This document shows, one piece after another, positions 1 through 14,074 of a DNA stretch of 64,000 nt. The DNA comes from Lytechinus pictus. Its lineage: Eukaryota. The position numbers were made by a program, and so were the translations under genes. Within the stretch, counting starts at the first letter, position 1. Every line of letters begins with the position of its first letter. The notes beneath the pieces were generated by a model. That model saw only the letters and a program-made list of their open reading frames with translations. It searched no databases and had not been told where the DNA came from. The stretch lies in the NCBI RefSeq assembly GCF_037042905.1, contig NC_087252.1, forward strand, positions 10,976,001-11,040,000. The letters run 5' to 3'.

Positions 1-265
1 TCACCTTGTGATAGACTCTATAAAAGTGAGAATATAAGTGAAATAAGTACTAAAGTAATGAGGGAGTTGTACGTGTGTGATATCACAGATCTTGGTCGCA
101 TTGCCGATGGGAGGATCTACATACATGTAGCACTAGTGATCTCAATATTCAAATGCTCATAACTTTCTTATTATTCATTCAATCTTCCTCAAATTTTCAA
201 CAATGTGTTCCTTTGATTTTTCTCTTTGATATGGATTCAGCTGGTTTCAAGGGTTTCATTCTCCT
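1..265. mobile_element. Possible end of a non-autonomous DNA transposon with TTAA target (Kolobok-like)
   Basis: Ends ...GTTTCATTCTCCT|TTAA (AGG terminus on the opposite strand plus TTAA); the other end lies outside the window. Confidence 0.35.
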
Positions 266-324
266 TTAAATAACTGTCACCCCTAGTTTTGAAAAAAGTG
301 GACTAGCCCAAGTAATATGCTTAC

Positions 325-433
325 CTGGTGGGCATTGCTGACATGAGACTGTTCCATTATAAGCATAGGTGCCTGCACCACATTCTTCACATCCAGTCTG
401 GTTTGAGAAGGGAACATATCCACTGGGACAAAC
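325..433 (-). CDS. Exon 5 of the Cys-rich repeat protein; gene continues beyond the left edge
   Basis: TTTCTACAG acceptor and GTAAGC donor; 109 nt: VCPSGYVPFSNQTGCEECGAGTYAYNGTVSCQQCPP(G); phase 0 to 1. Confidence 0.92.
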
Positions 434-457
434 CTGTAGAAATACACAATTTGATCA

Positions 458-690
458 TAATAATAATAATATACTTCTGATGATGATGATAATAATAATG
501 ACAAAAATAATCATGATAATAATAAGAAAAAAATAATACAAAATAACAATGACAACAAAAATGACAACAATAACAACAATTATACTGTAATAATAATGAT
601 AATAATAATAATAATAATAATAATTATAATAATAATAATAATAATGATAACATATGAAAATATAATGAAATAATGATCATGAAATATTCA
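458..690. repeat. Degenerate (AAT)n/(GAT)n/(AAC)n microsatellite in an intron
   Basis: Runs of aat/gat/aac triplets. Confidence 0.85.
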
Positions 691-1387
691 TAATCAAATT
701 GACATTGAAGTACCAAAAATCTTCATCAGTAGTAGTAGAAGAGAAGAAAAAGGAGTCTAGAATTTTACATTTATATTTTTTTCTTTGTTGCTTAGAAACG
801 TCAGGAACCAACCCTGTCATAAAACCCCTGATCTTTCAAACAAATGCAAGCTACTAGTACATGCAGTATAGTGCATACAGTACATGTACATATAGCAGCA
901 CAAAACACTTCTAACAAACACAAGAAAAATGGTGTAAATATATTTTTATATATGTAAGTATTTGATTTACAAGTTACTTTAAGCCAGAATATACAGTGAA
1001 ATTGAAAATGAGAAATGAAACTACATGCAGGCTAAATCAGCCCAATATTAAGTACAAAGTCACCGCCTAATTCATTTTGATTGAGACAGAGCCAAAAGAA
1101 ACTGTGAACTGAAAATAATCTTTGTTTACATGTACATGTAAGGCAATTTATGCGAAAATCATCACTAGTTCACTGTATTGACATTATACATGTAACTGTA
1201 TGAGCATTTTTAAACAGAATATTGGCATTTAAAAAAAAACATTAAAATACATTCTTCATGAATTATCTATTTATTTGAGATACGAACACCTCAAAAAAAG
1301 AATAAGGCAGCAAAGATATGTTGCTTTGCCAATTTGAAGACTAAACAGAGATCAAATTTATGTAAGATGGAGTAAAACTGAACTTAC

Positions 1388-1582
1388 CATTGGTTCGTTA
1401 TACACAGACGGGCAGTAAAGGCCATCTGGACACTCTAAACAAGTCATGTCCCCGTCCAGCGAGTACTGACCATCAGAACATTGCGTAATGACGCCGGTCG
1501 CAGAATTACATTCACTGCCGGCTGGACATAACGTACAAGTATCTGCCCCTGCAAGACTGAAATAGCCACCGCTTGGACATGG
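1388..1582 (-). CDS. Exon 4 of the Cys-rich repeat protein (GCC2/GCC3, ephrin-receptor-like repeats)
   Basis: TTTTTGTCTAG acceptor and GTAAGT donor; 195 nt: PCPSGGYFSLAGADTCTLCPAGSECNSATGVITQCSDGQYSLDGDMTCLECPDGLYCPSVYNEPM; phase 0 to 0. Confidence 0.92.
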
Positions 1583-2153
1583 CTAGACAAAAATAATTGA
1601 CAGAAGGATTACACTGTATTAAACTACATGTAGAGCCAACTGCTCAGTCTAACATAATTCATCACATTTTACCAAACTGGTCAAATCCATGCCACCAAAA
1701 ATTGGTTTATACGGAGAGAAATGAGAGTCAGCAAAGATTGGGTGTAAAATAGTTTTGTGCTTAAAATCTCCAAATTGATGTACTTTGTAATATGTCACAA
1801 TGTTGTTATTTTACATCCATTTTTAATTTCAATAAAATATTCAGTCATATTAATACTTTATTATCATTAAAACGGACACTAAGAACTTTTTAATAGGGTA
1901 TGTCTTCAGTACTTCCATGACACTGCTGAAAAGATGATTGTGGTGATAAATGTACAATGTCAAAAGGGTTGGACTTTTCTTTTCTATGTATCTTGATATT
2001 GTTATTCATGTTTAAATGATTTCTTCATCATAAAAGAATTCTTCAATACACTATCTTTATTCTAAAACCACTGAAAACAAAGTTGTTTTGTAGGATTTCA
2101 ACAAAGTCCAGAAAGGAATACATTGTAGTTTCCATAGCAACAGAGTTTCTTAC

Positions 2154-2241
2154 CGTGCAATCACCTGCGGTTGATCCACCGGGGTCTGGGTTATATGTTT
2201 GTGCGTCACAGGGTGCCGGAGCTAAGGTACCTCCATCGCAA
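2154..2241 (-). CDS. Exon 3 of the Cys-rich repeat protein
   Basis: TTTTTATAG acceptor and GTAAG donor; 88 nt: (Y)CDGGTLAPAPCDAQTYNPDPGGSTAGDCT; completes CPPGFYC across a 7.5-kb intron; phase 2 to 0. Confidence 0.88.
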
Positions 2242-5200
2242 CTATAAAAAATAAAAGAATTAAATATTGTAAATGAAATAAAAACCTTAAGAAATGACAC
2301 AGCAATCAAAATAATCTACAAGTTCAAGGCTAAAATGAAAGCCTACATGTATCTCAGTATTTCTTTCCTCCTTTTTTTTCTTTGAAGGGGGAGGGGGGAT
2401 GACAGGCCTTTGATTCTCAGATTTCAGTTTCATTTATTTCACATAGATCTCTTTATTTCAAAAATTCACAAAAATACATAAATACAAATAAAATTCTTAT
2501 ACAACAGAACAGGTATTGACAAAAAGTAATAAGGAACAATGAATATCATCACTGTATGGCGGATGTTGGGGAAAGACAGAAAGCTATTGGCCTTTCCACA
2601 TCTCAATTTACAAATAAAAACAAACACAAAGCGAAGAAAGGGGCACCAAAAGAAAAATAAAAGTCCTAATCAGTAGGGGGGTGACAGGCAAAGAAAGGGA
2701 CACATATATACCTAAATATACTGAGATTTTGAGGGTAAGGACAACATTTTATCTGGCTTATTTCTGTACCACACAAGTGGGAATTTTGGTGAAATGTGCA
2801 CATAAAATATCAAAGGCCAATGAAAGGGATGTGGGTATGAATATGATTGTGAAAAATACATCATTGCATTTTCTTTTATATGGAAGGGGTATGAAAATAA
2901 CTGGGTAAAATACATCATTGCATTTTTTTATTATTTGGAAGGGGTATTTATATGATTGGGAATTTTTTTATTTGGAAGGGGTATTATATGATTGGGAAAA
3001 AATACATTATTGTATTTTTTTGCATTGCATTTGCATTGCATTTTTTTTTTGAAAAGTGTTAAACCTGAACATTCCCACTGCCTATTACTTTCAGATCAAT
3101 ACAGGTGCATAGACATTAAAGTGTAAAACTTTATAATAAAGTGACTATCAATTTTTTGTTTCTAAATAATACAATGCGAAATAAGGGATTTCCTAAGAAC
3201 TTCAATTTGAACAATACACTGTATATATGTATAGTGGTTCCACGGAAGAATAATGGAGGGTTCATGCATACAGATACATTCAAGGGAGATTCAAATTTCA
3301 TTTTCATCAATGATTTTTTTTCCCAAAAAATGCCCCCAAAATCATCTTTTATATTAAAGATGATTTTGGGGGGGGGGCATTTTTTTTTCTTTGTCCTACA
3401 GTAGATGAAAATAACATGGATAAATTCAAAATAAAAAAATATATTGACTTCATGTACCTATACAATAGACCACTTCGTAGTTACTTCATGGACAATTTTG
3501 GTCAAATGACCTTTCATTTCTTTCATTATTAAAGGCAGATTTCAAAGCAAAATATTACATAAGCAAGCCTTACATAGCGCCAATAGCGGGATGAAGAAAT
3601 TGAATAGACCAGGTGACTAGAATAGCACTTCAATGAACACTTTATGAAGGTATTTGTTGCATTTCTACTTTGAATGCATATTATAGCATGTTGCACAATG
3701 TACTTGGCAAACTGTGAAATACATACATGTACCAGTAATTCGTGGATGCATTGTTGTTTTTTGTGGATGTAATTGAAAAACACAATTCAAAAGAATATAT
3801 GAATAATCAAGACATCAAAGTTGGTGCTTATCTCATTAAATTTTAAACCACCATGTCACTTTTATACTTACCAATGACCTTCCTCTGATCATGTGCAGAA
3901 TCTTTGAATGCGCAGAAACGAACTAAGAACTGGCTTTTTTACAGTAAATGAGGGTTTTATTTTGTTTTATGTCATGAATTATTTGTCAAAAGTCAACATT
4001 TGTAATGTAAATATATATATGTCTCTATACACTGTAAACACTGGTAATCCTACATGTAAGTATAATTATTCTCAAATTAGAATTCAAACACTGTCTTTTT
4101 AATATTTGATAAAGATAAATGAGGGGATTCTTTTCTTTTCATCATGAATTACACAAAGTGTATTCTGATTTTCATTTTTTTCTCAAGATTTGTATGATTC
4201 ATTTCATGCTGAAATACATGTACTATAACATGTACATGATTCATAATGAAAAAGAAGCCCTTTATTTCATAATATATCTCAGGGCTTTTTGTAAATCTTA
4301 TATTATCCAAGATTGAAGTTCCAAAACCAACTCAGATATCAATCTACACTTTAATCAATTGATCTTCCAAATGAACAAAATACCACACACTCTTAATGTC
4401 AAAATACACATGTACTCGACAACCCAAAGCGCTTAATTACTGGCCATGTCTGCGCTCTTTATTTGCGGAAGCTCCAAGTGGATTATTAATTGCTAGGCGA
4501 CAGAACGCCAACAAGCATAAACCATCAAAAATGTCAAAAGAAAACCAACATGTGTACAGCGTTATAAAAACTGTGTACACTGGAGGAGCTCCAGACTTGC
4601 TCCTTTTTTTACACGAAATGCATGGATTGCTTGGCTCGGAAAGCAGGGCTTCTTTAGAGCTTGTGCAAACAAGCATGACAAAGTGCAGAATTTGGAGAGG
4701 GGACAGAGAATTATATTAGGAAACAATAGATGTTATGAGGTGGTAGGCATAACAGGCTGTGGGGTAAGGGTTGCACAATGCGTCAATATCCGGGAGCACA
4801 GATCATTCGCACACAGCTGCAATCATACCTTGCCTTCTCACTAAAGGTAATATTGATTGGTCAAAGTCAACTTTATTGACTATTTGAGTGAGGTTATAGT
4901 TCTAAGCAATCCATGATGCTGTTACCAAATATCGGGGTGTCAAACGAGTTAGTACTGAAATATGAATTGAACAGATTCCTTCTTCGTATCATCACAAAAA
5001 TAATGAAGATGGTAAAAATATGCCTAGGCCTACTCAATATAAATATCCCCATTAAATGAAAAGAATTTACAAAAATACAAATCTGTATTAATTTATACAG
5101 AACATGTAATTAATTTGCACCTTACATAAAACTCTATTAAACAATATTCACTTTGATCAGAAGAAATTTGAATATTATAAAAGGAGGAAATCGATTTGAA

Positions 5201-5569
5201 AGGAGACAAAAATAATTTGAAATGGCATAACAACTTGCATAATAAAAATTAATATTTATTAGAGAATTGACCAGGGCTTTTTTCCAAATACTATTAAATG
5301 TTTGGGGCTCCATTTTACACGATTGAGTCTCCCCAACTGGTTCTGTTTTCATTTTCTAGTCACAATCCAACATTGTAATACTGTTCACCAATAAAATTTT
5401 GCCCAAATTTATAGCATACCTGTAAATTTTCATGTCTTTCTTTATAAATCAAGTTTTATCTTCATCTTATTTCATCAATGTCTTCCCAGGGTACCCTACT
5501 GTATCTTGGACCATGTACCCTTATAGTCACTGTCTGGTGAACCTTACTAGTATACTATAGGTAAACCAT

Positions 5570-7765
5570 AGAGATAGGTGGGCCTTATTAGCAGGTGGAA
5601 TTTATCTATCTATAGACAAGTGGTCCTAGACAGGTGGGCCTGACAGACAGGTGAATCTTTACACAGTAGGCAAGTGAAACAAACGTGTAGGTGGACCTTG
5701 TAGACAGGTCAACAGTATAAGTAGGCTACATGTAGGTCAACCTTTAAGAAAGGTCAACCTTCTAGACAGGTGGACCTTATGGAAAGGTGAACCTTATGGA
5801 CAGGTGTACCTTACAGACAGGTGGACTTTAAATGTATAAACAGGTGGACTTTATAGACAGGTGAACCTTATAAACAAAACCTTAATATACATGTAGACAG
5901 GTGAACCTTGTAGACAGGTAAAAAAAAAGGACAGCTGAACCTAAACATAGACAGGTGAACCTTAATATAGACAGGTGGGCATTAAAGACAAGTGAACCTT
6001 ATGGATGGGTGAACCTTACAGACGGGTGAACCTTATAGGCAGGTGAACCTTACAGACACTAGGCAGGTGAACCTTACAGACAGGTAGACCTTATAGACAG
6101 GTAGACCTTACAGACAGATCAACAGTACATGTATAAGTACATGCAGGTTAACATTAAAGAAAGGTTAACCTTTTAGACAAGTGGACTTTTGGACAGGTGA
6201 ACCTTATAAACAGGTGGACCTTGTACATATGGTGAACCATATAGACAGGTGAACCATATAGACAGGTGAACCTTACAGACAGGTAGACCTTATAGACAGG
6301 TGAACCTTATGGATATGTGGACCTTATAGACAGGAAACAGGTGGACTTTATAGACAGGTGAACCTTATAAACAAAACCTTAATATAGGCAGGTGAACCTT
6401 GTATCTACAGGTGGGCCTTATAGACAAGTGAACCTCACAGATGGGTGAATCTTATAGGCAGGTGAACCTTATAGACACTAGACAGGTGAACATTATTGAC
6501 AGGTGGACCTTATACATGTAGACAGGTAAACTTTACAGACAAGTGGACCTTATAGACAGGTGAACCTTATAGACACTAGACAGGTGAACATTGACAGGTG
6601 GACCTTGTATGTAGACAGGTAAACTTTACAGACAGGTAGACCTTATAGACAGGTGAACCTTATATACACTAGACAGGTGAACATTATTGACAGGTGGACC
6701 GTGTATGTAGACAGGTGAACCTCAAACGGGTGAACCTTATACATATAGGCAGATGAACCTTATGGACACTAGACAGGTGAACATTATTGACAAGTGGACC
6801 TTATACATGTAGACAGGTGAATCTTACAGACAGGTACATGTAGACCTTATAGACAGGTAGACCTTGCAGACAGGTCAACAGTATTCAGGTTAACCTTAAA
6901 GAAAGGTTAACCTTTTGTGGACTTTTGGACAGGTGAACCTTATAAACAGGTGGACCTTGTACATATGGTGAACCATATAGACAGGTGAACCTTACAGACA
7001 GGTAGACCTTATAGACAGGTGAACCTTATATACAGGTGAACCTCATAGACAGATGAACCTCATAGACAGCTGGACCTTATATAGGTGGACCTTATAGACA
7101 GTTCAACAGTATAAGTAGGTCAACATTAAAGAAAGGTTAAACTTGTAGACAGGTGGACTTTTGGACAGGTGAACTTTATGGACAGGTGGACTGTGGACCT
7201 TATAGACAGGTGAACCTTATAAACAGGTGGACCTTGTAGACAGGTGAACCTTATTGTGTAGACAGGTGAACCTTGTAGACAGGTTAAAAATAGACAGCTG
7301 AACCTTAATATAGACAGGTGGAGCTTTATATAGACAGGTGGACATTAAAGACAGGTGGGCCTTACATGTATAGACAGGTGAAAATTAATGTATAAGACAG
7401 GTGAACCTTAATGTACATGTATACAGTAGACAGGTGAACCTATAGACAGGTAAACGGTAAAACCTGAATAGAGACAGGCAGACCTTACCATAGACAGGTG
7501 AACCTTATTGACAGGTTGACCTTTATGTTGACAGGTGAATCTGACCAGACAGGTGGAACTTGAATACAGGTGCACCTTGATAGAGTGAACCTTAATTGAC
7601 AGGTGGACCTCCATGTAACAGATAGGTGAATGTACCTTTAAAGACACGTGGACCTGTCACCTTGCATACGGACAGGAGAACCTTCACTCAGTAATAGCTT
7701 TAACCTACATGTCCTGTACAACCTTGTAATATTTTTCGCAGATGAGCCTTTACAGACAGGTGATC
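5570..7765. repeat. Degenerate 17-bp minisatellite (consensus ACAGGTGAACCTTATAG), about 2.2 kb, in intron 2
   Basis: Tandem units visible throughout, with recurring higher-order blocks. Confidence 0.95.
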
Positions 7766-9029
7766 ATCTACAAATGTACACAATAAAGAGTCTGACACAG
7801 CAGACAAACCTTACCTTACATGTAATAAGCCCAATTTACAGGCAGCAAGTTCAATCACAATGTACTCTTTTGTGAAGACAGACAGAGAGAAGGGTACATT
7901 GTACTCTAATCTAATCAATAATTCAGGATTAAATTGATCATCCTTTCTGAAGCCTTCTATTCAAGTACATCTAGTCAATCTACAATGTGTATTACAAGAG
8001 CCTGTATCATTTTTACTGTACATTATGTAGGCCTACACTATCTATCTAGAGTAAAAGCACAATGAAAAAGACATAAATCTCAAACAGTACATGTAATCAG
8101 ACACACAATGGGGCTCTCCGAGGCCACTATTGGCTTCAGTGGTGCTCTCAATACCATTGACCTTTGATATTTTTGTGTCCTTTTAATTTTTCCCCACGGC
8201 TTTGTAATAATGTATTACTTACAGAAAAGTGGCCTTGCCCGTAAGATAATGTCACAGAATATCAACGAAGGTAGGCCTACATAAGTACATTATTCTTGGG
8301 AGGGTTATCTTCCACAAGCAATAGTCCCTTTAAAAAACATGTCAGGATTCCTTTTTTGTTTCAGAACATGTACATATATTACAGTATTTCTACATGTATC
8401 AGGGTCCTGTGAGGTGTTACTTTTATAGTAACTTTTATACTTAACAGTTTGTTATAACTAATTCAATAAAGCCTACAATGTATCAGATTTAATTATTTCA
8501 GTAGCTTTTAACTGTTCTTTTTAATAATTTGTTCCTATTTTATAAACAAGTTTCATGATACAGATCCCTGTTTTTGTTTTATACAAAGAGTATACATGTC
8601 TGTACAGAGAATGTTAAAAAGTCAAACGTCCATAATTCAAATGAGCATATATACACTTTTATATAAGTATAGAGCTTAAATTCTTTTAATAGTGATAAAT
8701 TGCTTTTCAATTTCTTTGTTACTGTACAAGGTTGAAAGCAAGCAAATTAAAGTTAGGATCTTATTTTGAAATTTTGCACAGATTTTTTAAACATAGAAAA
8801 CTGTATGAGATGAGATAGTCTCCCTGAACACTACACATTTTTTTAAATTTGGTGATTGGTGATCGGTGGGGATTTTTTACCTGATTGCTAAGAAAGCATG
8901 AATGGAATTCCTTGCCAGCAAGCAAGCAAATCTGAGAAGAAAATATTTTAATTTTTCTTCAGATTGATTAAATCAACCGTTCTTCACCTCAAAGCTTGTA
9001 TTCAAGGACATAAAATAAACAAATGCAAG

Positions 9030-9541
9030 AACAGTTTTGCCAGGTTTGTTGTTGGTGTCTTCAAACGCACAAGCAGCGTCACATCGATGCTCAGTCAACT
9101 AGAGTGGCCAAAACTCTTGGAGCTTAGGGCACAATACAAAATGATGATGATGCATCGTATCGTCAACCAGCATATAGACATTTGACAGACGTTCCTGATT
9201 CCGGCGATGACACCAAGCCGTGGACACTTCAAGCGATTCCAAATACCTTTTGCAAGGACTCTCATCTATCAAAAGTCCTTCTTTCCAGACTCTATCAGGT
9301 TATGGAATTCCTTGCCAGATGAACTACCCAATGTCACCTCTGTTAGCCTCTTCAAACAGGAGGTACAGAGCATCCTGCTTCGCTAAGAGAGGAGCATGGT
9401 TTTTTAGCTGCACTTAGTAACTTTTTAGAATATTTTATTGAATGGCACTGTACATACTCCATATTTACCAGACCTACCAAATATAGCATGACAATACACC
9501 AGTCGGTGGACTGTACTTTATCAGAAGGAGAAGAAGAAGAC
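9030..9541 (+). mobile_element. 3' fragment of a CR1/L2-group LINE
   Basis: SSVTSMLSQLEWP...RGHFKRFQIPFARTLIYQKSFFPDSIRLWNSLP, typical of the ORF2 C-terminus, with an internal stop; 3' UTR ending in (GAA)n. Confidence 0.85.
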
Positions 9542-9748
9542 ATCTCAAGTGAATTATTACAAAAGGATCAAATATGGGAAACCTTTCGTTTTATAAATTT
9601 TAAAAAGATAATCATAAAGGGCTCTCTCTCTATAAAAAAAAAATTGATAAAGAAAGAGCGCAGATGGGTATCAATAGTGGTTTTGACATTTCTCACTTAA
9701 TTTCTACCGGCTTCCTAGTCTATTAGTAATAGTAGGATTTCCACTTAC

Positions 9749-9854
9749 TAAAATCCAGGCGGACACTCTAAACAATCCCCTGATGAGTTGGAATATTGAC
9801 CACTTGAACAGTTCACGATGCAGTCAGATGTGCAGTTGCATTCTGCATTTGCCC
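9749..9854 (-). CDS. Exon 2 of the Cys-rich repeat protein
   Basis: Poly-T tract + CACAG acceptor and GTAAGT donor; 106 nt: (G)ANAECNCTSDCIVNCSSGQYSNSSGDCLECPPGF(Y); phase 1 to 2. Confidence 0.88.
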
Positions 9855-10938
9855 CTGTGAAAGAAAAAAAAAAAAATTATCGATTGCTCATCAAGTCAAC
9901 TTTTTTTTACATGATCAATTATAATATCATGGGTCCTAAATAAATTATAGAATTCTGCCAATTCATCTTCACACCAACTGGGACTGTGTGAGATTAGTTA
10001 GCAATTCTTCTTCTTAAGTTACAATGTAGAAGTTTGTTCAAAGTTTAACGTTAATTTTATTTATAGTCTAGGTCTTAAGCTTTTTAAGTTTAACTTGCTG
10101 TCCTGCAATTTTTTGTTGCATCAAATCACAAATGATGCATGTTTTGAATGCTGGTATAAAGATGAAGATAAAAAAAATAATGGCAATGATTACAATTACA
10201 TCCGGTCATGGTGCACTGGTGATTTAATCCCGGAAAATTGCCACATTCAAAGCATTTTCCATTTAGATGAAAAGCATGAAAATACGGTCTGCCAGGATGG
10301 CTGTGGCTGTGCCGTGGCGCGATCGAAGCTCGCAGCCCAGGGGCCCAGTCCCAGGGCCAGGCGGCCGTCTCAGCTCAGCCTTACTAAGTCTTAGACCAAA
10401 AGCTTCGGTCTCTGTTATGTTGGTTGTTCAGCTGAACTCCGTTGGCTTCACTCACCAAATACAGAGACCGAAGATCTAGCGCGATCTGTACAGGGGACCC
10501 AATGGCCATATGTTTATGTGTATTAAGTTTGGATAAAACAGGGCAGTGAAGTTGCGCGACAGCCGAGGTAAGTCACTGTTTTAGTTCCTTTTAACTTGAT
10601 TTTCCCTGTTTTTTGGCAATTAATGCCAAGAGGGAATATTAATTTGCATTTTGGTCGCGTTAATTTTCAAATGTTTGATTCATTAAAGACAAAAATTGAA
10701 GAGCCCCGACGGGGGGATTTTGCATTGTAAGTCCCCTAATGGTGGCTGCACGATAGCGAGCCGTCTGTGTATGAGGAGAAATTAAAAAAATAAAAAATGT
10801 TAAAAAACTCCTCGAAACAGACGGCTGCCAGCTGTCTAACTAAGTCTAAGCTACGGCCGGAGCGCTCTCTCGCATTCAAGTCTCATCTCACTCCATATAT
10901 TATAATAATCAAGAAACGTTTCCTTCTCAAATTCTCAC

Positions 10939-11029
10939 CTGATATTGAGAGGCAGGAAATAATAACCACGAGCAAATACCAATGCGACTGCATCCACTTC
11001 ATAAACCCTCCAGGCTCAAACAGAGCCAT
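10939..11029 (-). CDS. Exon 1 (coding part) of a secreted or membrane Cys-rich repeat protein; signal peptide
   Basis: ATG at 11029; MALFEPGGFMKWMQSHWYLLVVIISCLSIS+G (91 nt = 30 codons + 1) followed by a GTGAG donor; hydrophobic core; phase 1 matches the next exon; CpG-rich surroundings. Confidence 0.8.
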
Positions 11030-13266
11030 TTCAAGCCGATTTTCGGCAGGTTGTCAACGATCACAGAGTTGCTGATCCTAGGCCTACATCAAAACTTCGC
11101 GTTTGTCATCATTGTCATCCCGAATTTTCACTTAAAAACTTCACCGATCCGCACGCGAAATCGACCAAGATGTTATTCCAAAATATATAAGTCCAATCGA
11201 TTATTTCTCGGATATATATTCCGTGTTTCTTGCAAATACAGTTTTCCTTATTTCACTCGTAAAATCACAGAAGTTTCAAGATCATTTTAATTTCGTAGCT
11301 GCCGTGCGTGAATTATATATTTCTTTGGCTTAAGCACGTACCGTAATTGCTATGCTCTAGGCCGACAGACCAGGCGCGCGGCGATGGAGCAGTCGAAGTT
11401 AGCCCCCGACTCGATCCCAGACTTGCACGACATATAATCGCTGGCCTCATTACGTTCGTTTAATAGAGCGAATTGAAAAAGCAAGTTAAGATAATCTACA
11501 ATTTATTATAAACATAGACTACAATAATTTTCTAATTAATTACATAATTTAATGTAATTAAAAAACATTTCAATGTTAAATTGAGTTATCAAATCTAAGT
11601 TGCATGAATTTATTCCGAATAAATATTAAAGTTGGCTGTATTGTAAGTCTAGGAAACTTTTTAGATAAGTGATTGATAGCGGAAGAATGACGTCATAGCG
11701 TTCAGTTGCTACGACTACAATGCACGAGATCCGAGGGTACGTTATTACTTCGGTCCATTCTGACGTGCACTGGCAAACGGTTGAGTAACCAATTATTATT
11801 CAGAAATCAATGAGATGGGTGCTTTTTCCGGTTTACATCATTCCCTGTCCTTTGGAATGATAAATAAAAATCCGGGATAGAAAATTGTAATGGATTATTA
11901 TTGTCCAATCTCTGAATCCACCTGCTTATTCAATCCACAGTAAAAACACTTTATTTATACAACACTGTTCTGTGGTGTACTGTAGAAGGGGGCTTTGAGG
12001 GGCACTTACTCCCCCCCCCCCCCAAAAAAAAAAAAAAAAAAAAAATGTCGACATTTTTGCTTTCTCACAACTTTTTATAACTTGCCTGATACCATACGCC
12101 CTATATTAATTTTGATCCCCTGAAAATCTTTGACTCACGCCACTGATACTGTTTATTATGAACCATGTATGGATTAGACAGTAATTATTAAACAGCTTAT
12201 TCAAGAGTTTCAAATCTTAAGCAACACAGTTAAATTTTAAGCATGGTTGCTTAAACTGTGATAATATACCTAACAGCCCTGCATAAGATTTCAAACAGTA
12301 TTTTTATTGTGTCCTTACCATCTTGTCCACATCTTGTACTGTTCTTATTAAATATAAAAAGTATATTCTCTTGGAATGATATTTATATTACCAATGAATA
12401 AAGATGTTTTTTATAGTTTTCGGTCACATTGCAACATCAAGATTAAAAAAAAAAGATAATAATACAAATCTCAAGATGTACGTATAAGAGAATAATTAAG
12501 TAATGAATTGGAAGTAGTCCCCATGACTCCCCCTGTTTCTAGTCAAATGTATCACTAATACGCCTAATTAAAATATCGGTGGGTGAGAACAATTAGCTTT
12601 CAACATGTTCAGTAATATTATTATGATCGCCAGAATCCAGCTCAATAGCAGAGTGGTCCCGAGTATTAATGATGGCGCTCTTTACAAAATAACATCGGAT
12701 CGAGCAGACCCCCTTACATAAAAGTTACCATCCTGCGGGAGTTAGTTGCTATGTTCTATGCAACGGTAACTTTTTCTGAAATCCTTGATATTTGATTGGC
12801 TGTTGATCAGCGTTACCATGGTAGTTATCATTGAAAATGCAAAGTTACCATTATAGTCACTTTTATGCAGTAACGTAGTGAGCCAAACCTTGTTTTTTTT
12901 AGGGGGGGCTAAATATAGCGTATGCCAAAATTTACAAACACAAATTTTTACATTTTTATTACAAAAATCAAATTCTGTGATAGATTTAGACATAATATTC
13001 AGAAATGATACATGTTTACCCTTCTCTCGTTCCTTTTTTTTTATTGGTCGTGTTTTTTTTTTTTGGGGGGGGGCAAGCCCCCAACCCCCTTTTGTAAGTT
13101 TGTGTTTTTATGCAATGGGTGAACGGAAATTACTCTGTTCTGTCAAAAACCAAGCAACGAAGAAAAGAAAATATTTTTGACAAGGACAAAAAACATATAA
13201 TAGCTAAATAATTATCACAAACATTCATGAAGACCATTTACCCGTCAGTCAATGTTTGCCCCCCCC

Positions 13267-13306
<40 letters not shown>

Positions 13307-14074
13307 GATTTAGGGGGCCAATTAATGCGCACTCACCGCCTCCCGACTGATATTTATTGAGAATCATTCTATCAGGATTGTAGGTGACTGGAAACAATTT
13401 TTAGTCTAATACTATTGTGGGATGGTAGAGATAAAATAATGTATTACTTTTAAAAGGGGCTGTTCCACTGAAGAAGAAGTTCCGCCTAAGAATAATTTCG
13501 TTTTAAGAAAAACATATGCGCAAATGAAAGATCCCTTAAAACTCCCTTTGTAATGGTTTATGATAAATGAACATGATTTCTATAAGAGGCGAGTATGAAA
13601 GAATGTGTGTGACATATTGAAATCACCTGTAAAGTCAATTTAATTTTCTGAGAAGAATTGCATAAAATGGAATTTATATGGCTAAACATTAAGAGGGAGT
13701 TCCTCGCAGAGGACTTCACAAAATTAAAACTTATAAACAATCCACAACAACCTTGACGGAGTTTTCTACTAAATTTTCGTTTATATGTTTTTCTACTCTA
13801 ATCAAAACCGACTTACCCAGTGGCGGATCCAGGGGGGTGGCGCAAGAGCGCGCCCCCCCCCCCCCCTAATAAAAAAAAGAAAAGAAAAGAAAAGTAAAAG
13901 AAAAGAAAGAAAAGGCGCTGCTTGAAAAAATAAAAATAAAGGAAAGAAAAGGCGCCGCTTAAAAAAATTATACACTGATATAATATTAGCAACAGTAAGG
14001 AAAGACTATCCCCCAGAATAGCACAATCATATCATCTTCCTTATCTTTTCTTCTAACTACCCTTTTCCCAACAA

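Noticed and set aside
5570..7765. CRISPR-like array (also 14075-14985 and 59805-60252)
   Set aside because: No unique spacers, degenerate tandem units, eukaryotic context and no cas genes
10560..10575. Perfect + strand donor GAG|GTAAGT suggesting an antisense transcript
   Set aside because: A single motif with no supporting exon structure; cannot be supported from sequence alone
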